Shown piece after piece: positions 12,901 to 24,757 of a stretch of DNA of 64,000 nt. Origin of the DNA: Malacoraja senta. Taxonomy: Eukaryota. The DNA is taken from positions 1 through 64,000 of the forward strand of contig JAXLNO010000046.1 of the NCBI GenBank assembly GCA_038087875.1, in the 5' to 3' direction. Position 1 is the first letter of the stretch, and each line of letters starts with the position of its first letter. The translations under genes were made by a program, and so were the position numbers. The notes under the pieces were generated by a model. The model was not told the origin of the DNA, made no database searches, and saw only the letters and a program-made list of their open reading frames with translations.

Positions 12901-15830
12901 GTGACTAGTGGGGTACCGCAAGGCTCAGTGCTGGGTCCCCAGCTTTTTACAATATATATTAATGATTTGGACGAGGGAATTGAATGCAACATCTCCAAGT
13001 TTGCGGATGACACGAAGCTGGGGGGCAGTGTTAGCTGTGAGGAGGATGCTAGGAGGCTGCAAGGTGACTTGGATAGGCTGGGTGAGTGGGCAAATGCATG
13101 GCAGATGCAGTATAATGTGGATAAATGTGAGGTTATCCACTTTGGTGGCAAAACAGGAAAGTAGACTATTATCTGAATGGTGACCGATTAGGAAAAGGGG
13201 AGATGCAACGAGACCTGGGTGTCATGGTACACCAGTCATTGAAAGTAGGCATGCAGGTGCAGCAGGCAGTGAAGAAAGCGATGGTATGTTAGCATTCATA
13301 GCAAAAGGATTTGAGAATAGGAGCAGGGAGGTTCTACTGCAGTTGTACAGGGTCTTGGTGAGACCACACCTGGAGTATTGCGTACAGTTTTGGTCTCCAA
13401 ATCTGAGGAAAGACATTCTTGCCATTGAGGGAGTACAGAGAAGGTTCACCAGACTGATTCCTGGGATGTCAGGACTTTCATATGAAGAAAGACTGGATAG
13501 ACTCGGCTTGTACTCGCTAGAATTTAGAAGATTGAGGGGGGATCTTATAGAAACTTACAAAATTCTTAAGGGGTTAGACAGGCTAGATGCAGGAAGATTG
13601 TTCCCGATGTTGGGGAAGTCCAGAAGAAGGGGTCACAGTTTAAGGATAAGGGGGAAATCTTTTAGGACCGAGATGAGAAAAACATTTTTCACACAGAGAG
13701 TGGTGAATCTGTGGAATTCTCTGCCACAGAAGGTAGTTGAGGCCAGTTCATTGGCTATATTTAAGAGGGAGTTAGATGTGGCCCTTGTGGCTAAAGGGAT
13801 CAGGGGGTCTGGAGAGAAGGCAGGTACAGGATACTGAGTTGGATGATCAGCCATGATCATATTGAATGGCGGTACAGGCTCGAAGGCCCGAATGGCCTAC
13901 TCCTGCACCTATTTTCTATGTTTCTATGTTACTGAATTAAGGCTATAAAACGATGCATGTTTTATCTTTGCAAACAATACTTTCCCTGTGATATCCCTTC
14001 CTGGAATTAACTTGACTATTGGATAAGTAGCATACAGAAAATAGGTTAACTCCTCCAAAGAGTTGAGATATCTAGAAACTGCATTATTTCTCTTCAGTAT
14101 TTCTGCACTTGCAAAGACAATTCTGAGACCATCTCGATTACTTTGTTTTGTCGGACCCACTCTGCCTCATCTTGTCTACATATTATTGGCAATGTTTTCC
14201 AGATACGCCGCTACAAAGCTAGTCAGGAAGTAATGACAAAGGCAGGTGAGATCTACAAACATTTAAAGTCCATGTTTATGGGAGGAGATGATTCTGCCAA
14301 CAATACATTGAAGAAGAATCCCTCTGACCCAGAGCAGGAGAAAGATAAAGCCAAAGAAGAGGAGAAGGAAGCTGAAGATAAAACAGTAAAGAAGCAAGAC
14401 TCGGGTGAGTACTGTGCGGATAGGATGCTGTGACACATGCTGTACTTGCCTGCTGCAATATCTGTTTCTCTTTGTAATCTGGGAGTTAGCCTATTTCTGA
14501 TGTATCTATAAAATGTCTTTAAAGCCCCTTAAGATTACAAACTATTGCTGAGTTTATAAATATGTTCTTTCTGCACAAAAATGGGTGATATTGTAGATAG
14601 TGAGCATCAGTCTGAAGAAGGGTCTCAACCCAAAACGTCACCTATTCCTTCACTCCATAGATGCTGCCTCAACCGCTGAGTCTCCAGCATTTTTGTCTAC
14701 CTTGTAGGTAGTGAAGATGTTTGTCAAAAATTGCAGCGGGATTTTGATCGGTTGGGCAGGTGGAGCTGAAGAATAGTTGATGGATTTAATACTAAAATAT
14801 GTAAGGTGTTGCATTTTAGGAAGACTAGCTAGGGCAGGACATACACAGTGAATGGTAGGGCTCTGTGGAGGTAGTTGATGCAGGTACTATCGCAACCTTT
14901 TAGAAACATTTAGACAGGTGCATGGATCGGACAGGTTTATAGGGATATGGGCCAGGCGCAGGCAGGTGGAACTAGTGTAGATGGGGCATGTTAATCAGTG
15001 TGGGCATGTTGGGCAGAAGGGCCTGTTTCCACGCTGTATGACAGTGATGATGGACTTAGAAACATAGAAACATAGAAATTAGGTGCAGGAGTAGGCCATT
15101 CGGCCCTTCGAGCCTGCACCGCCATTCAATATGATCATGGCTGATCATCCAACTCAGTATCCTGTACTTGCCTTCTCTCCATACCCTCTGATCCCTTTAG
15201 CCACAAGGGCCACATCTAGCTCCCTCTTAAATATAACCAATGAACTGGCCTCGACTACCCTCTGTGGCAGAGAGTTCCAGAGATTCACCACTCTCTGTGT
15301 GAAAAAAGTTCTTCTCATCTCGGTTTTAAAGGATTTCCCCCTTATCCTTAAGCTGTGACCCCTTGTCCTGGACTTCCCCAACATCGGGAGCAATCTTCCT
15401 GCATCTAGCCTGTCCAACCACTTAAGAATTTTGTAAGTTTCTATAAGATCCCCTCTCAATCTCCTAAATTCTAGAGAGTATAAACCAAGTCTATCCAGTC
15501 TTTCTTCATAAGACAGTCCTGACATCCCAGGAATCAGTCTGGTGAACCTTCTCTGCACTCCCTCTATGTCAATAATGTCCTTCCTCAGATTTGGAGACCA
15601 AAACTGTATGCAATACTCCAGGTGTGGTCTCACCAAGACCCTGTACAACTGCAGTAGAACCTCCCTGCTCCTATACTCAAATCCTTTTGCAATGATTAAT
15701 GTTAGTATGAATTTTAGTTCATTGTTTATGCACTTGGAAAGTTCGGGTTTCGGCCCGAAACGTTGCCTATTTCCTTCGCTCCATAGGTGCTGCTGCACCC
15801 GCTGAGTTTCTCCAGCACTTTTGTCTACCC

Positions 15831-15861
<31 letters not shown>

Positions 15862-18423
15862 GGGCTTTGAGAGAAAGGACAATAGACAATAGGTGCAGGA
15901 GTAGGCCATTTGGCCCTTCGACCCAGCACCGCCATTCATTGTGACCATGGCTGATAATCCCCAGTCAGTACCCCGTTCCTGCCTTCTCCCCATATCCTTG
16001 ACTCCGCTATCATTAAGCACCCTATCTAGCTCTTGAAAGTATCCAGAGAACCGGCCTCCACCGCCCATTGAGGTAGAGAATTCCACAGACTCACAACTCT
16101 GTGTGAAAAAGTGTTCCAAATGGCCTACACTCTTATTCTTAAACTGTGGCCCCTGATTATGGACTCCCCCAACATCGTGGACATGTTTCCTGCCTCTAGC
16201 GTGTCCAACCCCATAATAATCTTATGTTTCAATAAGATAACCTCTCATCCTTCTAAACTCCAGAGTATACAAGCCCAGCCACTCCGTTCTCTCAGCATAT
16301 GACAGTCCCGCATTCCCGGGAATTAACCTTGTAAACCTATGCTGCACTCCCTCAATAGCAAGAATATTCTTCCGCAAATTAGGGGACCAAAACTGCACAC
16401 AATACTCCCGGTGTGGTCTCACTGGGGCCCTGTACATCTGCAGAAGGACCTCTTTGCTCCTATACTCAACTCCTCTTGTTATGAAGGCCAACATGACATT
16501 CACTTTCTTCACTGCCTGCTGTACCTGCATGCTTATTTTCATAGACTGATGAACAAGGACCCCCCAGATCCCATTGCATTCCCTTTTTCCCAACTTGATA
16601 CCATTTAGATAGTAATCTGCCTTCCTGTTTTTGCTACCAAAGTGGATAACCTCACATTTATCCACATTAAACTGCACCTGCCATGCATCTGCCCACTCAC
16701 CCAACCTGTCCAAGTCACCCTGCATTCTCATAGCATCCTCCTCACAGTTCACACTGCCACCAGCTTTGCGTCATCTGTAAATTTGCTAATGTTACTTTGA
16801 ATCCCTTCATCCAAATCATTGATGTATATTGTAAAAAGCTCCGGTCCCAGCACCGAGCCTTGCAGTACCCCACTAATCACTGCCTGCCATTCTGAAAGGG
16901 ACCCGTTAATCCCTACTCTTTGTTTCCTGTCTACCAACCACTTCTCTATCCGTCAGCACTCTACCCCCAATACCATGTGCCCTAATTTTGCCCACTAATC
17001 TCCTATGTGGGACCTTATCAAATGCTTTTGTAAAGTCCAGGTACACTACATCCACTGGCTCTCCCTTGTCCATTTTCCTAGTTTCATCCTCAAATTCCAA
17101 AAGATTAGTCGAGCATGATTTCCCCTTTGTAAATCCATGCTGACTCAGACCGATCCTGTTACTGCTATCTAAATGTGCCGCTATTTCATCTTTTATAATT
17201 GACTCCAGCATCTTCCCCACCACCGATATCAGGCTAACTGGTCTATAATTCCCTGTTTTCTCTCTCCTGCCTCTCTTAAAAAGTGGGATAACATTAGCTA
17301 CCCTCCAATCCACAGGAACTGATCCTGAATCTACAGAACATTAGAAAATTATAACCAATGCATCCACGATTTCTAGAGCCAGTTCCTTAAGTACCCTGGG
17401 ACGCAGACCATCAGGCCCTGGGGATTTATCAGCTATCAGTCCCATCAGTATACCCAACACCATTTCCTGCCTAATGTGGATTTCCTTCAGTTCCAGTCAC
17501 CCCAGATCCTCTGGCCACTAGTATATCAGTAAGATTGTTTGTGTCCTCCTTCGTGAAGACGGATCCAAAGTACCTGTTCAACCCATCTGCCATTTCCTTG
17601 TTCCCCATAATAAATTCACCTTTTTCAGTCTTCAAGGGTCGGAGAAAGGATGAAGAAAGCTTTCATTTTCTGAGCAACTGTTCTGGATATTCAATAACTG
17701 AAAATGCAGAAGCCCAATTTAAAATGAAAGGACAATATTTCTGTTATTATTGATTTAGTTTATTCATGTGCTAGATTACTTTCTTTTTTAAATTAAGTTT
17801 GCATTTGATCAGTTTCTCTGCAAAACCATCAACAGATTTATCTAATGCAGTGAATGGAGAGAGAGTGTCTCTGAAGAATGAAATCCTCCCGGAGAATCAA
17901 GAACAAGATCGACCACAGACAGAGGAAGAGAAAGACACTGAAGAAACGTTGATGGGTAATCAAAACAGGTACTGGTGACGGAAATCCTGGGAGGGGGGGG
18001 TGGGGGCACGTCCCCTCCATGTTTTGAGAGGTGGGGGACAATCTCCCCCCCCCCCCCCCATGTTTTGTAATCCGGATTTTGAAATTCGGTGGAAAAAAAA
18101 CGATTTAAAATCTCAGTTTTCCGAAAGACAGTGGGGGTGTCACCATAAAGCGCTTGTTAAATGTCTCTATTAACACCATATTAACAGGATGTGTCACCAA
18201 TTATGTTTTGCCCTTCCAAAGCTGTCTGATTGTGGGTACAATTACCATTTGAACTAATTGGATATATTGGTGGATGGGAAAGATTTAAACGGGTATCGGA
18301 TTTAAATGGGTCATTAAGGAATCTGGTCGAACGGGTTTCCTGGCTGGCTTGCAGGTAAGTCCCTCATTCACGGTCACTCATGTTATTTAGTATGTTTTTC
18401 ACATCTCTCTATCTCGCTCTCTC

Positions 18424-18454
<31 letters not shown>

Positions 18455-21400
18455 GTCTCACCCCCTTCCAAGGTTGGCTCTTCCGTTTGCCTTTATTTGC
18501 TTCAGTTTTATTTGTTTAAGTGTTATTTATCACATTGTAGCTTTTGAAAGATTCATGCGGGTATCAGACGCATTCTAAGAGCTGAATCGACCCGTTTGCG
18601 GGGCCTTTCATTGCCCGGCACAGCTTAAAATCAATCTGCTGCATCGATTTTGAAGCCCCCGCCGGTCGATTTTAAGCCACGCTGGGCGATGAAAGGCCCT
18701 GCGAATGGGCCGATTCATGCCCCACGATTCGGGGCGAACGAAGCTGCTGTTGCTGGAGTTTGGAGTCGGTCACCAACCAGGTCAGCTCCCGCTGTTACCG
18801 TCCACAGGGCCCACTGCCGAAACCTCGCGTGTGTGCGCATGCGCGCGGCCGTCAAGGAATTGTCCCCCCCCCGCCCCCCATGTTTTGATAGCGATTTCCG
18901 CCCCCTGGTGACGAGGACAAACAATTCAATCTGTTCCATTAACTCGGTATTGCATGTAAACCTTGTTCAGCTGCTGGATTATTTGATGTTGTATGTTTGT
19001 ACAGTCAAATGTGCCTTGTTCTGGATTGAGTTTAAAGTTTGGGTTGACAATTTTGAAGCTGCCCTATCCAGTAGAGTTAGTGGCAAAAAATACCTGTTGC
19101 TTTATTAGAAAAAGTTCCCTTCTTTATGGCATTCAATCACCCATCACAAATTGATCTGGAACATTTTCCAAAATTGTTCCATCTATCAGCAAAGCTGTAT
19201 TTATAAAAGTGATTATTTTTTAGCTATTCTTTTGGAAGAATTTGGCTTTGAAATAAATATTAAGTATGGCTTCTGGAGGGGTATGACCAGTGGAGTTCCG
19301 CAACGATCTGCACTGGGACGGTTGCTGTTTGTGATATATAAATGACCCAGGTGTAACCTGCAAGGTTAATTCCCGGGATGGCGGGACTGTCATATGCTGA
19401 GAGAATGGAGCAGCTGGGCTTGTACACTCTGGAGTTTAGAAGGATGAGAGGGAATCTCATTGAAACATATAAGATTGTTAAGGGTTTGGACACGCTAGAG
19501 GCAGGAAACATGTTCCCGATGTTGGGGGAGTCCAGAACCAGGGGCCATAGTTTAAGAATAAGGAGTAAGCCATTTAGAACGGAGATGAGGAAACACTTTT
19601 TCTCACAGAGAGTGGTGAGTCTGGAATTCTCTGCCTCAGAGGGCGTTGGAGGCAGGTTCTCTGGATGCTTTCAAGAGAGAGCTAGATAGGGCTCTTAAAA
19701 ATAGCGGAGTCAGGAGATATGAGAAGAAGGCAGGAACGGGGTACTGATTGGGGATGATCAGCCATGATCACATTGAATGGCGGTGCTGGCTCGAAGGGCC
19801 AAATGTCCTACTCCTGCACCTATTGTCTATTGTCTAAAGATGAGCAGGAAGACAGATGATTGGGCGACTTTTAAAGATCAGCAGAAGGTAACTAAAAAGA
19901 CAATATGGGGAGAAAAGATGAAGTATGAAGGTAAGCTAGCCAAGAATATAAAGCTGGCTCGAAGGGCCGAATGACCTACTCCTGCACCTATTGTCTATTG
20001 TGTCAATATAGATGGGTTGGTGAGTAAGTTTGCTGATGACACCAAAACTGGAGGCGTTGAAGCCACTGAGGATGACTGTCAGAAGATACAACTGGTGAAA
20101 TAGGCGGAGAAATGGTAGATGGAGTTTAACCTGAGCAAGTGTTATGTGTTGCATTTTGGGAGGTTAATACAATTAATGGCAAACTGTTAAGAGGATTGAT
20201 GTGCAGACGGATCTTGAAGGGTTCAAAGATGGCAGCAAAAATAGATAGGGTGATAAAGAAGGTGTATGTTATGCTTACCTTCATTGTTAGGGGCATTGAG
20301 AGTCAGAAAGTAATGCTCTGTAGGACTTTGGTTAGTCTGCATTTGGAGTAGAGTCATAGAGTGATGCAGTGTGGAAAGAGGCCCTTTGGCCCAACTTGCC
20401 CACACCGGCCAACATATCCCAGCGACATTAGTCCCACCTGCTCACATTTGGGTCCATATCCGTCCAAACCTGTCTAACTGTTTCTTAAATGTTGGGATAG
20501 TCCCTGCGTCAACTACCTCCTCTGGCAGCTTGTTCCATACACCCACCACCATTTGTGTGAAAACGTCATTCCTCAGATTCCTATTAAATCTTTTCACCTT
20601 AAATCTATGTTCTCTGGTCCTCGATTCACTTACTCTGGGCAAGAGACTCTGTGTATCTACTGAATCTATTCCTCTCATGGATTTTATACATCTCTATAAG
20701 ATCACCCCTCATCCTCCTGTGCTCCAAGGAATAGAATCCCAGCCTACTCAAAATATCCCCATAGCTCAGACCCTCTAGTCCTGGCAACATCCTCGTAAAT
20801 CTTCTCTGTACCTGTTCCAGTTTGCCAGCATCTTCCCTATATAATGTTATCCAGAACTGAACACAATACTCTAAATGCGGCCTCACCAACGCCTTGTACA
20901 ACTGCATAATGACCTCCCACCTTCTATACTCAATACTCTGACTAATGAAGGCCAATGTGACAAACACCTTTTTGACCACCCTATCTACCTTCGACTCCTC
21001 CTTCAAGGAACCATGCACCTGTTCTAGATCCCTCTAATCGACAACACTCCCTAGAGCCCTGCCATTCACTGTGTAGGTCCTGCCCATGTTAGACTTCCCA
21101 AAATGCAACACCTCACACTTCTCTGTATTACATGCAGTTCTGGTCGCCTCTATTACAGAATAGATGTGAAAGTTTTGGAGAGGGTGCAGAGGAGGTTTAC
21201 CAGAATGCTGCCTGGATTAGAGGGTTTCAGCTACAGGGAGAGGGTGGATAGACTTGGATTGTTTTCTCTGGAACATTGGAGGTTGAGGGGAGATGCGACG
21301 AAGTAAATAAAGTTATGAGAGGCTTAGATAGGGTAGACTAGTGTCACTCATACTGTGGCTCTGTGAAAAGGGGGGGCCGGTGATCGCTCCGTTTCCGTGT

Positions 21401-24400
21401 CGGAAGGAGGGGGGGGGGAGGATGGTTTGAGTTCCTCTTTCCCCTGACTCAGTCTGAAGACGGGTCTCAACCCGAAATGTCACCTATTCCTTTTGTCCAG
21501 AAATGCCGCCCGACCCGCTGCGTTTTGTGTCTATTCTTTAATCTCTCAGCCTGATATAGCAGAATCTCCCTGAATTAGCTTGACGCCATGACGGAAGCCG
21601 GTTACGGAAATGGCGCTGAAGATTACCCATCACCTACTACGGCTTTTTAGAGGAGTGGACCATCTTGCTCACTATAAGATCTTTGGATACGATAGTGACA
21701 TTTAAGAGTCTTTTAGATGGGCACATAAAGTGCAGGGAATAGAGAGATATATATCACGTGCAGGCAGATGAGGCATTATGGCACAAACATTGTTAACTGA
21801 AGGTCGTTCCTGTTCTGGACTATTCAATGTTCCATTTTCCTTCCACATCTATATCAAGAAACATGAGGAGCTATAAAAATAGGGGCTATAGGTCCATTAT
21901 GTCTGTTCACCCTTCTCAGAGGCTGTACATGTAAAGCCACAAGAGTTAGGGATGTGGGTTTGATGCAGAAGATGTATTAATACATGTCAAGAATAGGCTT
22001 CCTTCGCAAGCAGAAGATCTTTTGAAATTGTTGGCCAAAACAAAGTGTATTCAGCCTGCTGCCCACATCCCGTGTTGACGTGGTCTGGCTGCAGTGGGTC
22101 AGGTGGCCATCTTGTCCACAGGTGGAAAGCATCTCGATAGACAGTGAAAGATCAGCTGGGGTGGGTTCCACCTCCCAATTCCCAGACAGCCTTTAACACG
22201 AGGCAGAGCTTTGGGTTATATAAAAAATACTAATATATATAGTTTTCAATATATTTGATAGCTAAAGACACTTAAAAACACAAGTTTTCGTTTTTTTAAA
22301 TATATAAAATTAATTTAAAACAATTTAAGACTAAAAAATAATTAGACGTATTAGAATAAAGTAACTTGCATCTTTAGCAGTTGTAATTGGCACGATGCTG
22401 GAGTCCGTAAATGAAGAGGTGAGGAAATTCAGAAGATAGCTTATATCATCTAAATGGAGAGAGACAGCACATGAATGAAGTACAAGAGGGCTCCAGATGT
22501 TCTTGTGCCTGAGTCACAAAATTCTCGCAGGTGGATAGTTAAGAAGCAAACCATGTTTTGATCTTTATTGCAAAGCGGTTGTACTTTTAAGATGGAGGGG
22601 TTTAGTTGCAAATGTGCATGGTGTTGCTGAGGGCTCACCTCGGACCATACGGTCTACGGTTTTAGACCCCTAAGAAAGATGTAATAACATTGGTGGCAAT
22701 TCCGTGGAATCTTAGAAACATAGAAAAATAGGTGCATGAGTAGGCCATTCGCCCCTTCGAGCCAGCACTGCCATTCAATATGATCACGGCTGATCAGCTA
22801 AAAATCAGTACCTCGATCCTGTTTTTCCCTTTTTCGCTTGATTCCGTTAGCCCTAAGAGCTATATCTAACTCTCACTTGAACACATCCAATGAATTGGCC
22901 TCCACTGCTTTCTGTGGCAGAGAATTCCACAGATTCACAGCTCTCTGGGTGAAAATGTTTTTCCTCATCTCAGTCCTAAATGGCCTACCCCTTAATCTTA
23001 AACTGTGACCCCTGGGCTCCCCCACCATTGGGAATATTTTTCCGGCATCTACCCTGTCCAATCCTCTAAGAATTTTATATGTTTCTATAAGATCTCCTCT
23101 CATCCTTCTAAATTCCAGCGAATACAAGCCCATTCGACCCACTCTTTCATCATATGTCAGTCCCGCCATCCCGGGAATTAACCTGGTGAACCTGCACTGC
23201 ACTCCCTCAATAGCAATAATGTCCTTCCTCAAATTAGACCAAAATTGCACACAATACTCCAGGTGCAGTCTCACCAGGGTTCTGTACAACTGCAGTATGA
23301 TCTCTTTGCTCCTAAATTCAAATCCTCCCGAAATGAAAGCCAACATGCCATTAGCTTTCTTCACTGCCTGCTGTACCTGCGTGCTTACTTTCAGTGACTG
23401 ATATACAAGCACACCCAGGTCTCATTGCACCTCTCCTTTTCCTAATCTGATAATAATCTGCCTTCCTGTTCTTGCCACCAAAGTGGATAACCTCACATTT
23501 ATCCACATTATACTGCATCGACCATGCTTCTGCCCACTCACACAACCTATCCAAGTTACCCTGCAGCCTCATAGCATCCTCCTCGCAGCTCACACTGCCA
23601 CCCATCTTTGTGCCATCTGCAAACTTGGAGACATTACATTTAATTCCCTCATCTAAATCATCAATATATATTGTAAATAACGGGTCCCAGCACTGAGGCT
23701 TGTGACACCCTAATGTCACTGCCTGCCATTCTGAACAGGACCCGTTAATACGACACCTTATATTTTGCTTGAAGAGCTTACCACACCACAGTATGAACAC
23801 TGTATTCTTTATTTTTAAGTTACTTTAAGTATTTCTACTTACTCTCCTCCCCTTCCTCCTTGTCCCCTTCCTTCCATCATAGTTGTTTTAAAAGTTCCAC
23901 AGTTGTTCACATTGTTTTCCTCTTGAGATCACACCGTCCCTAGCCAACAATGGGCTTAACATGCACCTCCCTGCATGAAGCATTTGTGGCCGGTCTTGAA
24001 TTGGCCTGGTCACCTCACCTCAGCTCTTTGCCCTCCACCCTCTAGTTTCAGGCTGAAGAAGGGTCCTGACCCGAAACGTTACCCATCCTTTATCTCTTGA
24101 GATGCTGCCTGGCCAGCTGAGTTATTCCGGCACTTTGTGTCTATCTTTGGTATAAACCAGCATCTGCAGTTTTTTGTTTCTACAATTAGAACCAGACTTT
24201 TTGGGTATAAAGTAAAAACAAAATGCTGAAAATACCCAGCAGGTCAAGCAGCATCTATGAAACAAATGTAACATTCTCGTTTAATAACTCTTTATCAGGT
24301 GTGAAGTAAAGAGGTAGTTCTCCTCAAAATTGTGATTAGAAATTTTGAGCTCTCACAGTAATCATTGAGAATTGATGCTTGCTGAAGTGTTAATTTTAAA

Positions 24401-24757
24401 CATGAAAGTAAATGATTTTTGTTGAGAGAAGTTTTTATTCTCACTGGATGGCAGAACAGTCCCCAAGGTTCCTGAACACTTATGGTTAGTTTAAATCCAC
24501 AACATCAGCAATTTGCAGACTGGATATGGTTTTAATGTATATGTTTTCTCCTCTGATCACTGCTAGATTTGTATTAGAGTTGTAGATTTTGTTTTTGTTT
24601 TTCCCCCCACTAATTTTGAACACATTGATTGTGTGGAATGATGGTGTTTTGTTTTTTTAGTACTCCAGATCTACTGAAAGTGCTTCATTCAGATGGCCAG
24701 CACACGACTGGCACAGAGCCTGTCTCTATGGAGATGCCATCAGCTATCAAGAGTTGA
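634..24757 (+). CDS. HDGFL2: Hepatoma-derived growth factor-like 2 (HDGFRP2), 3' part; join(634..925,5979..6085,6642..6712,7047..7117,11444..11545,14203..14404,17836..17968,24661..24757); 5' exons (PWWP domain) lie outside the window
   Basis: All introns are GT-AG and phase-consistent (0,2,1,0,0,1,2). The peptide matches HDGFL2-specific segments ([34 protein letters not shown]; DLSNAVNGE) and the LEDGF-type integrase-binding domain ([72 protein letters not shown]). Tail-to-tail adjacency with a perilipin cluster matches the known HDGFL2-PLIN4/5 synteny. Confidence 0.92.
1275..1582 (+). mobile_element. tRNA-derived V-SINE-like element (HE1 type)
   Basis: tRNA-like head (ggcacgatggcactgcggtagagttgctgcc), central tttcctccc..ccaaagatgtacaggtttgta block, taaac-type tail; sister copies elsewhere in the window. 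Confidence 0.7.
1630..2960 (-). mobile_element. Old CR1-clade LINE fragment
   Basis: RT motif [11 protein letters not shown] at ~2583-2615 (- strand); degraded. Confidence 0.55.
2963..3563 (+). mobile_element. CR1 LINE 3' fragment
   Basis: [32 protein letters not shown]; 3'UTR and (ctattgt)n tail. Confidence 0.9.
3734..3945. mobile_element. Penelope-type short repeat, inverted pair, with minimal hammerhead core
   Basis: ~90-bp arms in inverted orientation; - strand core CTGAAGA-AGGG..CCC-GAAACGTC at 3801-3828. Confidence 0.7.
4580..5733. mobile_element. Non-autonomous hAT-like DNA transposon
   Basis: TIR CAAGCACGTGC / GCACGTGCCTG, subterminal TAGGCA repeats, approximate ATAAAAA TSD. Confidence 0.6.
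4963..5584. mobile_element. Tc1/mariner(pogo)-type MITE nested in the hAT-like element
   Basis: 14-bp TIR CCGTATTTCCCGGC (1 mismatch), TA on both sides. Confidence 0.75.
5979..6085 (+). CDS. HDGFL2: HDGFL2 coding exon
   Basis: ttatag|GTG...GATAG|gtgagt; encodes [35 protein letters not shown]; phases 0/2 fit neighbours. Confidence 0.88.
6642..6712 (+). CDS. HDGFL2: HDGFL2 coding exon
   Basis: tgtgcag|G...AAAG|gtatat; encodes [23 protein letters not shown]; phases 2/1. Confidence 0.88.
7047..7117 (+). CDS. HDGFL2: HDGFL2 coding exon (IBD start)
   Basis: ttcacag|AA...CCT|gtgagt; encodes [24 protein letters not shown]. Confidence 0.92.
7441..10012 (-). mobile_element. Rex1/Babar LINE, 5'-truncated and frameshifted
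   Basis: APE (VVAGDFN, TLDHCY, GKSDH) and RT ([44 protein letters not shown]) motifs typical of Rex1; (CTTGA)n tail at 7441. Confidence 0.9.
10534..10810 (+). mobile_element. V-SINE-like element
   Basis: gtggcacagcagtag..ggtgctccggtttcctcccacattccaaagatgtgcagg..(ctaaa)n tail. Confidence 0.75.
11444..11545 (+). CDS. HDGFL2: HDGFL2 coding exon (IBD)
   Basis: ttgtag|GAT...AAA|gtatgt; encodes [34 protein letters not shown]. Confidence 0.93.
11826..13930 (+). mobile_element. CR1 LINE, 5'-truncated, young
   Basis: RT ORFs 11839-13164 and 13286-13837 ([31 protein letters not shown]); (ttctatgt)n tail. Confidence 0.95.
14203..14404 (+). CDS. HDGFL2: HDGFL2 coding exon (IBD end)
   Basis: ttttccag|ATA...TCGG|gtgagt; encodes [25 protein letters not shown]...KKQDS. 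Confidence 0.93.
15057..15693 (-). mobile_element. CR1 LINE 3' fragment, young
   Basis: Near-identical to the 3' ends of the copies at 11826 and 33799. Confidence 0.93.
15878..17640 (-). mobile_element. CR1 LINE fragment
   Basis: Frameshifted RT pieces (ORFs 16222, 16749, 16906); (ctattgt)n tail. Confidence 0.92.
17836..17968 (+). CDS. HDGFL2: HDGFL2 coding exon
   Basis: caacag|AT...AACAG|gtactg; encodes [16 protein letters not shown]..., resembling mammalian DLSAPVNGE. Confidence 0.85.
17972..18913. mobile_element. Non-autonomous DNA transposon (hAT-like)
   Basis: Inverted ends CGGAAATC / GATTTCCG; flanking direct repeat CTGGTGACG at 17972-17980 and 18905-18913. Confidence 0.55.
19265..21340. 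mobile_element. Cluster of nested CR1 fragments (+ 19360-19815, + 19950-20000, - 20470-21120, inside an older + copy)
   Basis: Several CR1 RT C-terminal ORF pieces on both strands. Confidence 0.8.
22714..23748 (-). mobile_element. CR1 LINE 3' fragment
   Basis: ORFs 22873-23412 and 23351-23800; ttctatg tail. Confidence 0.9.
24040..24185 (+). mobile_element. Penelope-type short repeat with intact minimal hammerhead core
   Basis: CTGAAGA-A-GGGTC-CT-GACCC-GAAACGTT at 24053-24080. Confidence 0.65.
24661..24757 (+). CDS. HDGFL2: HDGFL2 probable last coding exon
   Basis: Strong acceptor gttttgtttttttag|, phase 2 fits; encodes [32 protein letters not shown]; followed by a largely repeat-free AT-rich 3'UTR-like stretch with AATAAA at ~25644 and ~26514. 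Confidence 0.7.

Noticed and set aside
634-24757. PSIP1/LEDGF as the identity of the IBD gene
   Set aside because: The [12 protein letters not shown] coiled-coil exon and DLS..VNGE segment match HDGFL2, as does the adjacent perilipin cluster.
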